NCBI GenBank assembly: GCA_963716945.1
Contig: OY970322.1
Coordinates: 120,001-152,000 of the forward strand
DNA length: 32,000 bases
Direction: 5' to 3'
Source: Candidatus Saccharimonadota bacterium
GTDB taxonomy: Bacteria; Patescibacteriota; Saccharimonadia; Saccharimonadales; UBA4665
Both the position numbers and the translations under genes were made by a program. Numbering within the stretch: the stretch's first letter is position 1; each line of letters starts with the position of its first letter. The notes beneath the pieces are model-generated. The model was not told the DNA's origin. It made no database searches and saw nothing but the letters and a program-made list of their open reading frames with translations. This document shows positions 17,898 through 22,958 of the stretch, piece after piece.

Positions 17898-18018
17898 GGA
17901 GAGGTACCCAAGGGGCCGAAGGGGCCGGGTTGTCAACCCGGTAGGAGGCGTCTAGTGATTAGCTTCGTCAGCATCGCCAGGACGGCTCGCGAGGGTTCGA
18001 ATCCCTCTCTCTCCGCCA
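17898..18018 (+). tRNA. Class-II, tRNA-Ser-like tRNA with anticodon GUC (Asp) and an unusually long (~49-nt) variable region; CCA is encoded
   Basis: Parsed structure: GGAGAGG-UA-CCC-AAGGGGCCGAA-GGG-G-CCGGG-UUGUCAA-CCCGG-[49 nt]-GAGGG-UUCGAAU-CCCUC-UCUCUCC-G-CCA. The acceptor stem is 7 bp. U8, the GG in the D loop, the canonical T arm, G73 and C11-G24 all match bacterial tRNA-Ser architecture. The amino-acid identity is uncertain. Confidence 0.75.
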
Positions 18019-18089
18019 GAAGAACGGTCAGCCACGCATGCGGTCCGGCTTTAATATCAAGCATGCTCTAACGGAAAGGGGGATCCACC

Positions 18090-18209
18090 ATGCCAAAACC
18101 AAACACGCGTGTACGCGACTCTCGGACGGGACAGTTTGTTCCACGCCGCGAGGCCGTAAGACGTCCGAGCACTACGGAGACAGAAGTTATCCGTAGACGC
18201 AAAGGCTAA
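18090..18209 (+). CDS. Small basic protein, 39 aa (MPKPNTRVRDSRTGQFVPRREAVRRPSTTETEVIRRRKG), function unknown
   Basis: It is below the track length cut-off. A strong Shine-Dalgarno AAGGGGGA ends 7 nt before ATG 18090, and the stop is TAA 18207-18209. A series of hairpins follows, including a canonical intrinsic terminator. The composition is Arg-rich. Confidence 0.6.
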   Translation: MPKPNTRVRDSRTGQFVPRREAVRRPSTTETEVIRRRKG

Positions 18210-18222
18210 AAACTAGTGGCAT

Positions 18223-18291
18223 AGCGAGCGGCGCGACGAACCGCTCGCTGTCACAAACAAAAAAGCACCATTTTTTAAGTGGTGCTTTTTT
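18223..18291 (+). terminator. Tandem hairpins: a GC-rich stem-loop plus a canonical (bidirectional) rho-independent terminator
   Basis: Hairpin A pairs AGCGAGCGG (18223-18231) with CCGCTCGCT (18241-18249). Hairpin B pairs GCACCA (18265-18270) with TGGTGC (18280-18285). Hairpin B is flanked by A6 (18259-18264) and T6 (18286-18291). Confidence 0.8.
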
Positions 18292-18303
18292 GCGCTTCGT
18301 CAG

Positions 18304-18325
18304 CATTCGAACTTTCGTTCGAGTG
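18304..18325 (+). other. 9-bp hairpin with a UUUC tetraloop (CATTCGAAC-TTTC-GTTCGAGTG)
   Basis: Read directly. It begins inside the second copy of the 13-nt repeat GCTTCGTCAGCAT (18294-18306). Confidence 0.6.
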
Positions 18326-18348
18326 GCCGTAAATTAATACAGCCATTG

Positions 18349-18364
18349 CAATACTTCAGTATTG
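18349..18364. repeat. Palindrome CAATACT-tc-AGTATTG, a candidate operator
   Basis: It has perfect 7-bp arms. AGTACT (18366-18371), a GTATTA direct repeat and the palindrome ACGTA-T-TACGT follow within 40 bp. All lie in an AT-rich spacer. Confidence 0.5.
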
Positions 18365-18495
18365 GAGTACTACAATAGCAGTATTAACGTATTACGTCAA
18401 TAACCCCCTTCCTTTTAATGTCACTGGCCGGCCGATAGTTGAAAGCTATGCATTTTATTACTTTTAGAATACCTAGCCTGCTGGCAGATTGTCAA

Positions 18496-18528
18496 TATTC
18501 GATACTATGCCGGCACAAATATCGAATA
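18496..18528. repeat. Inverted repeat TATTCGATA - 15 nt - TATCGAATA
   Basis: The 9-bp arms (18496-18504 and 18520-18528) are perfect. It could be an RNA hairpin or a protein-binding site. Confidence 0.5.
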
Positions 18529-18580
18529 CTTTTAATTAAGCATAGTTCATGGTGGGAGTGAAACTTAGGTCGGTGTGGTG

Positions 18581-18619
18581 CGGCCGACGAAGCGCGGCAC
18601 CGTCATCTGGCCGGGTTTT
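18581..18619 (+). terminator. Candidate intrinsic terminator/attenuator hairpin with a short U-tract
   Basis: CGGCCGACG (18581-18589) pairs with CGTC (18601-18604) and GGCCG (18609-18613), leaving a 4-nt bulge. GGTTTT follows. The U-tract is weak, so confidence is low. Confidence 0.3.
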
Positions 18620-18653
18620 ACACGGTGTTAACTTTATGGTAAATTGTAAATAT

Positions 18654-18662
18654 TGGTAGAAT
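18654..18662 (+). promoter_or_regulatory. Extended -10 element (TGGTAGAAT) 6 nt upstream of ATG 18669; candidate leaderless promoter
   Basis: The sequence reads atatTGgTAGAATataaacATG. No Shine-Dalgarno sequence is present. Confidence 0.5.
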
Positions 18663-18668
18663 ATAAAC

Positions 18669-19253
18669 ATGGCTAGTAGCAGTACTAAAAACCGTTCCTT
18701 TATACATAGGCCGCTTTATCTGATTGTCGGCTTGCTGGTAATTGTCGGCGCCGGTTATTTAATTGCCCGTGCGACCTTCCTCAAATCGAAAACGCCGGCC
18801 GTGCCGCGGACGGCCAACTCTTATACCAAAGGCCAGCCGGCCGGTTCAAGCGGCAGCTCTTCTTCGGGCAACCAGTCGTCATCCGGCCAAAGCACCACTA
18901 GCGGCAGCCAGAAAGGCGGTTCCGGCGGCAGTTCGGCCGTCGTCATAACGCCTTCCGGCAACTTCGTCAGCGACCACCACCCCAACCTCAGCGGGTCGCC
19001 GGCGCCCAATACCCTGACGTCGGTTTGCAACACCACGCCCGGCGCGGCCTGCCAGATAAGTTTTACGATGGACGGCGTGACCAAATCGTTGCCGTCGCAA
19101 ACTACCGATTCGGGCGGCTCGACCTACTGGACTAACTGGAAGCTGCAGGATGTCGGCCTGACCGCCGGCACGTGGAAAGTGCAGGCTACGGCCAGCCTGG
19201 ACGGCCAAACCCAAACGGCTTATGACGCCATGGACCTGGTGGTATCACAATGA
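18669..19253 (+). CDS. Membrane-anchored/secreted protein with a Ser/Gly-rich linker and a small C-terminal beta-rich domain
   Basis: 194 aa. The N-terminal TM anchor is LYLIVGLLVIVGAGYLIA. A low-complexity stretch GQPAGSSGSSSSGNQSSSGQSTTSGSQKGGSGGSS follows, then a ~100-aa domain containing 2 Cys. Its stop overlaps the next start (ATGA 19250-19253). Confidence 0.7.
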   Translation: MASSSTKNRSFIHRPLYLIVGLLVIVGAGYLIARATFLKSKTPAVPRTANSYTKGQPAGSSGSSSSGNQSSSGQSTTSGSQKGGSGGSSAVVITPSGNFVSDHHPNLSGSPAPNTLTSVCNTTPGAACQISFTMDGVTKSLPSQTTDSGGSTYWTNWKLQDVGLTAGTWKVQATASLDGQTQTAYDAMDLVVSQ

Positions 19254-20911
19254 GATACCTGCAACGCTTAGCCTTAGCCCTCGTAACGGCCACGGTCGCC
19301 TTGTCGTCAATTGCCGGTATCGCCCACGCCGATTCCTTCAACTCCAGCCGGATAATGGACGACTCGGTTTTCGATAACACGAACAGCATGAACGCTTCCC
19401 AGATAGACAGCTGGCTCAACTCGATGTTCGGCAGCACCAGCTGTATCAGTACCGACCATGGTTTCAGCGCGCCCGACCCGACCGGTTATTCGCCGTCGGG
19501 CGGCTTCACTTTCGGTGCCAACGTGTCGGCCGGGCAGGTCATATATGATGCCTCTCAAGCCTACAGCATTAACCCCCAGGTCCTGTTGGCGACCTTGCAG
19601 AAAGAACAAAGCCTGGTCAGCGGCAGCGCCGGCTGCAGCACGCTGGCTTACGCCGCCGCGGCCGGTTACGGCTGTCCCGACAGCGGCGGCCAATACAGCT
19701 ACTCCGGCGTCGACCTTTACGCCATCAACGGCGGCACTGTCACGTCGGTCAGCGGCACCTGCGTTAACAGCTCGCTCAAGGTCGGCTTCTCGCAGCAGGT
19801 TATCCGGGCCGCCTGGCTGCTCAAATTCGGCGAGCAGCGGTCCGAGGGCAACGTCAACTGGGCCGTAATAAAAGGCAGCTGGGACAATTCTGACGATCCG
19901 CAAACCTGCTACGGCGGCCCGATGACCCAGGGTACTTTCCAGATTTGCCCGGGCGGCCCGGCGACTTATTACGACGGCTACACGACCATTGACGGCCAAT
20001 CGACCCACATGGACACCGGGCCGACGGCGGCGCTGTACTGGTACACGCCGCACTTCTCGGGCAACCAGAACTTCTGGACGATATTTACCAACTGGTTCGG
20101 CGGCACGGTTTCCAACAGCTACTCCAATACGCTCAACTTCGTCCGGCTGAATTACTACACCGGCAACATGCAGGTCATCGGCTATCCCTCGATTAACTCT
20201 TACGCCTTCAGCAACCGCAACACCACCGTACCGTACCCCACCGGCACTTCGATTATCCCGCTGTTCCGGCCGAACGGCGATTTGAGCTTCATAAACCTGA
20301 ACGATGCTTCGGGCAAAGTCAGGGTCACGACGTTCAGCGCGGCCAGCAATTTCCAGCAGCTGTCGAGCGATATCGACGTGCCATACCCGGCCGTGCCGAA
20401 CGACGGCGCGGTCGTGCCGTTATTCCGGCCGAACGGCGATTTGAGCTTCGTGCGGCTGAATTACTACACCGGCAACACGCAGGTCGTGACTTATAGTTAC
20501 GGCAGCTACTTCCAGCAGCTGTCGAGCATCATAACTACCGCTTATCCGGATGTGCCGACCAACGGTTCGGTCGTGCCGCTGTTTCGGCCGAACGGCGATT
20601 TAAGCTTCGTCAATATGAATTACTTTACCGGCCATGCCCAGGTAGTGACTTACGGTCTCAACGGTTACTTCCAGCAGCTGTCGAGCAATATAATTACGCC
20701 CTACCCGGCGGTCGCGCCCGGCAGCCCGGTCATGCCGATGTTCATGCCGGACGAAGACTTAAGCTTCGTCAATTCCGACTACTACGCCGGCAACGCCCAG
20801 ATCGTGACTTACAGTTACCCCTATTACTACCAGTTCATAAGCACCCAGTACCTGACCGGCTACCCGAGCGTCAGCGACTACACGAACGTCAAGAGCCTGG
20901 TCAGCCAGTAG
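19250..20911 (+). CDS. Secreted protein: conserved-looking N-terminal domain (possibly lysozyme/transglycosylase-like) plus five C-terminal ~53-aa repeats
   Basis: 553 aa. The signal peptide is MRYLQRLALALVTATVALSSIAGIAHA. The N-domain contains IMDDSVFDNTNSMNASQIDSWLNS and SAGQVIYDASQAYSINPQVLLATLQKEQSLVS, an E-x-S context reminiscent of lytic transglycosylase/lysozyme-like folds. The C-terminal half consists of tandem repeats of LSFVxLNYYTGNxQVVTY....FQQLSS.I...YP.VP..G.VVPLFRPNGD. Confidence 0.7.
   Translation: MRYLQRLALALVTATVALSSIAGIAHADSFNSSRIMDDSVFDNTNSMNASQIDSWLNSMFGSTSCISTDHGFSAPDPTGYSPSGGFTFGANVSAGQVIYDASQAYSINPQVLLATLQKEQSLVSGSAGCSTLAYAAAAGYGCPDSGGQYSYSGVDLYAINGGTVTSVSGTCVNSSLKVGFSQQVIRAAWLLKFGEQRSEGNVNWAVIKGSWDNSDDPQTCYGGPMTQGTFQICPGGPATYYDGYTTIDGQSTHMDTGPTAALYWYTPHFSGNQNFWTIFTNWFGGTVSNSYSNTLNFVRLNYYTGNMQVIGYPSINSYAFSNRNTTVPYPTGTSIIPLFRPNGDLSFINLNDASGKVRVTTFSAASNFQQLSSDIDVPYPAVPNDGAVVPLFRPNGDLSFVRLNYYTGNTQVVTYSYGSYFQQLSSIITTAYPDVPTNGSVVPLFRPNGDLSFVNMNYFTGHAQVVTYGLNGYFQQLSSNIITPYPAVAPGSPVMPMFMPDEDLSFVNSDYYAGNAQIVTYSYPYYYQFISTQYLTGYPSVSDYTNVKSLVSQ
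20132..20908 (+). repeat. Tandem coding repeat, 5 units, period 159 bp (the first unit is 150 bp)
   Basis: The codon for the conserved Phe of L-S/N-F-V recurs at 20138, 20288, 20447, 20606 and 20765. The core ccgctgttccggccgaacggcgatttgagcttc is nearly identical at 20258, 20417 and 20576. Confidence 0.85.
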
Positions 20912-20922
20912 CTTGAACCTGC

Positions 20923-20934
20923 CGGCCCGGGCCG
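20923..20934. repeat. 12-bp perfect GC palindrome CGGCCCGGGCCG in a 39-bp convergent intergenic gap
   Basis: Read directly. It lies between the stop at 20911 (+) and the stop at 20951 (-). No U-tract is present. Confidence 0.8.
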
Positions 20935-20950
20935 TTAAAGCCGTTTGAGG

Positions 20951-22897
20951 TTAGAAATGGTCGGTAATTTTTAGCTTGACGACGGCTTGGCTGCCGGCGA
21001 TTGGCGTACCGCCCCTCGCTGACACGAATTGCACTAAACCGTCCCATGTATTAGGCAGGCCGTTGATCAGGATACCCTGCCCGGTGTTTTCGGGGATAAG
21101 CCGGTACTCGTTTTGCGTGCCGTCGGCGTACTGGATAGTCAGGAAGTATGTGTTGCCCCGGATTAGCTCGGTTTGCAGTTTGTCGGCTACGGTTTGCTTG
21201 ATCATGGTCCGGACGAAAAGCGGCTTGTCCCTTTGGTAGGGCTTGAGCGTAACCCACTTACCGGTCGCCGGAACCGGGTCGAGGCTTACGATCTGGTTCA
21301 GGGCCGGCGTCGGGACGGCGGCGGCGTTTTTCTTAAGCAGCATGAAACTGTCGCTGGAATCAACCAGTGTGTAGCGGCTAAGCATCGTCCTGAAAGTCTT
21401 GGGTTCGTCCCAGAGGACGTGCCGCCCGTCGACGCCGTCGACACCGCTAAGGCCGGTATAGTGCCAGACGATGTACTGCGGCGCGGCGCCGGATTCGAAG
21501 AAATTAGAGTTCAGGTTGTCCAAATAAGGGTCGTACGTTTCGAACGAAAACGGCGACGGCCGGTTATCCCACTTCAGGTTATTGGCGGCTATGATTGACG
21601 TTTCCCAGGGGAAGACGTCGACGCTGCCGCGGCCGATTTGCTGGCGCATCGATGACGGCAAAGCCGCCCCGCCCAAACCGGCGGCGCTGTACTCCGACCA
21701 CTGGCTGTCCTGCTTAGCCACGTTGAAATATTCGACGAAATTATTTTGTTCGATGTTAGCGACCGGCGAGCCGATGACCGACAGCAGGCTGCTGCCACCG
21801 CCGCTAAGCGGCAGGTCATTGCCCCAGACCGCCAAAACCGAAAAGCCGATTATCAGGCAGAGTACCTGCCTGTCCCGCCGCGTCCGGTTGTTCCAGCTGA
21901 CGTACATCAGGCAGGCTACCGGTATGGCTACCATCAGCAGCCTCAGCAAGTGCGCGTCCTGCCTGACGACCGCGTACTTCCAGATAACCAGCAGCGACGG
22001 CGCCAGGAACAGGTAGCGCAAAAAGGCCCTTCTGCCGTGCAGCAACGGCCAGACCAAAATCCCCAGCAGCGCCAACGCCGTAATGATCGTGCCGTAAGCC
22101 GTTTGCTCGCTGTATAGCGACATCGCGCCGCTGAAATTGTTGCTTTCTATGAGGCCGGTGCGGATATACATCGCGAAATTCGTAATACCCAGATGGTGTC
22201 CGAGCGCCAGGAAGACCACGGCGTAAACCGCAACCGCGTAAACCGCCCGCGCGGCCCGTTTGACAACCCGGCCGTCGTCGGTTAGCAGGCACAGAATTAT
22301 AAGGGTCAGCAAGGCCGCGAAACCGAGCGTAAACTTAGTCAGCAGGAACACGCCGCCGGCGGCCGACAGGGCTGTCAGCAACCACAGCCGTTTGCGGCCC
22401 GCCAGCTTCATATAGATAAAACAGTAGAGCAGGAACAGGCTCAGGTAACCCCATTCCGGCTCCAAGCTGTTGCCCATCGACAAGACGTAGACCGTTACGG
22501 CGGCGGCCAGCCACCTGGCCTTCGGGTCTTTGACGTACAGCCTGGCAAAGACATAAGCCCCGATACCCAGCAACAGGACATAGACCGCCAGCGAGGCCAT
22601 GACCTTGTGGACGTTTTGCGGCAGGTAGTTGGAAACCAGGTAGCCGAGCGGGCCATAGGTCGAAATAAACTGGCTGCCGAAAGCTTCGCCCGAGGCGGCC
22701 GCGTTGTTAACCGCGTAGTTGAATGATGGGTCGATGTTGCCATAGCTCAAATCCGACAACCGCGGCGCTAGCAGAAAAAAAGCTGCTGCCATGACGCAAA
22801 AAACTAATAGCAGATGCCGCGCCAGCAAAGCTAGTTTCAGGCTGCCGAACGACATCAGGCTTGGGCGTTTACTGTTGGCTTTGTGGCGTGTGGTCAA
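20951..22897 (-). CDS. Large polytopic membrane protein with a ~250-aa C-terminal extracytoplasmic domain (possible GT-C glycosyltransferase/polymerase)
   Basis: 648 aa. The N-terminal ~400 aa hold roughly 11-13 hydrophobic helices. The first loop reads YGNIDPSFNYAVNNAAASGEAFGSQFISTYGPLGYL. The C-terminal soluble part is beta-rich. The start is uncertain: TTG at 22897 or ATG at 22855. A TATAAT (complement of 22924-22929) lies upstream. Confidence 0.6.
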   Translation of the reverse strand: MTTRHKANSKRPSLMSFGSLKLALLARHLLLVFCVMAAAFFLLAPRLSDLSYGNIDPSFNYAVNNAAASGEAFGSQFISTYGPLGYLVSNYLPQNVHKVMASLAVYVLLLGIGAYVFARLYVKDPKARWLAAAVTVYVLSMGNSLEPEWGYLSLFLLYCFIYMKLAGRKRLWLLTALSAAGGVFLLTKFTLGFAALLTLIILCLLTDDGRVVKRAARAVYAVAVYAVVFLALGHHLGITNFAMYIRTGLIESNNFSGAMSLYSEQTAYGTIITALALLGILVWPLLHGRRAFLRYLFLAPSLLVIWKYAVVRQDAHLLRLLMVAIPVACLMYVSWNNRTRRDRQVLCLIIGFSVLAVWGNDLPLSGGGSSLLSVIGSPVANIEQNNFVEYFNVAKQDSQWSEYSAAGLGGAALPSSMRQQIGRGSVDVFPWETSIIAANNLKWDNRPSPFSFETYDPYLDNLNSNFFESGAAPQYIVWHYTGLSGVDGVDGRHVLWDEPKTFRTMLSRYTLVDSSDSFMLLKKNAAAVPTPALNQIVSLDPVPATGKWVTLKPYQRDKPLFVRTMIKQTVADKLQTELIRGNTYFLTIQYADGTQNEYRLIPENTGQGILINGLPNTWDGLVQFVSARGGTPIAGSQAVVKLKITDHF

Positions 22898-22958
22898 ACT
22901 TCATTCTCGGATTAGCATCTCTTATTATAGCCTCAATCACCGAAATATTAACCGTTCA

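Noticed and set aside
17746-18018. tmRNA (ssrA), standard or permuted. This was suggested by the T arm plus encoded CCA and the upstream pseudoknot-like structure.
   Set aside because: - The acceptor stem pairs with GGAGAGG just 121 nt upstream, not with a distant GGGG 5' end.
- Position 3:70 is A-U rather than the G.U needed for Ala identity, and the discriminator is G rather than A.
- A normal D arm and anticodon arm are present.
- No reading frame ends in a plausible degradation tag (no ...LAA-type tail).
- No GGGG-type acceptor strand follows the CCA, as a permuted gene would require.
17640-18070. RNase P RNA, SRP (4.5S) RNA or 6S RNA in the non-coding patch.
   Set aside because: None of the universally conserved strings I know for these RNAs is present, for example GAGGAAAGTCC for RNase P or the GGAA/AGCA symmetric loop of SRP domain IV. 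The size and helix layout also do not fit.
17838-18071. Track ORF of 77 aa (MSKSYYATSTIRCGFLYLSYGEVPKG...).
   Set aside because: It has a TTG start and no Shine-Dalgarno sequence. It runs straight through the leader hairpin and the entire tRNA gene. It is a chance open frame.
18448-18561. A 37-codon ORF (MHFITFRIPSLLADCQYSILCRHKYRILLIKHSSWWE) in the AT-rich spacer.
   Set aside because: It has no Shine-Dalgarno sequence. It spans the inverted repeat and its composition simply reflects AT-rich DNA. No supporting evidence was found.
19307-20053. Track ORF 19307..20053 (-, 248 aa) and 19458..19868 (+, 136 aa).
   Set aside because: They overlap the secreted-protein gene, which has a signal peptide and a repeat structure. 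Their translations are Arg/Ala-rich shadows.
20132-20908. Regularly spaced repeats, considered as a possible CRISPR array or non-coding satellite.
   Set aside because: The period (159 bp) is a multiple of three. The repeats lie in frame within a 553-aa ORF and diverge mainly at synonymous or conservative positions. They are protein repeats, and no cas genes are present.
17898-20950. A tRNA-adjacent integrated genomic island or prophage remnant.
   Set aside because: - No integrase, recombinase or phage genes are present.
- No duplicated tRNA 3' segment is found; only a 13-mer from the extra arm recurs.
- The secreted-protein genes have the same high GC as the core locus.
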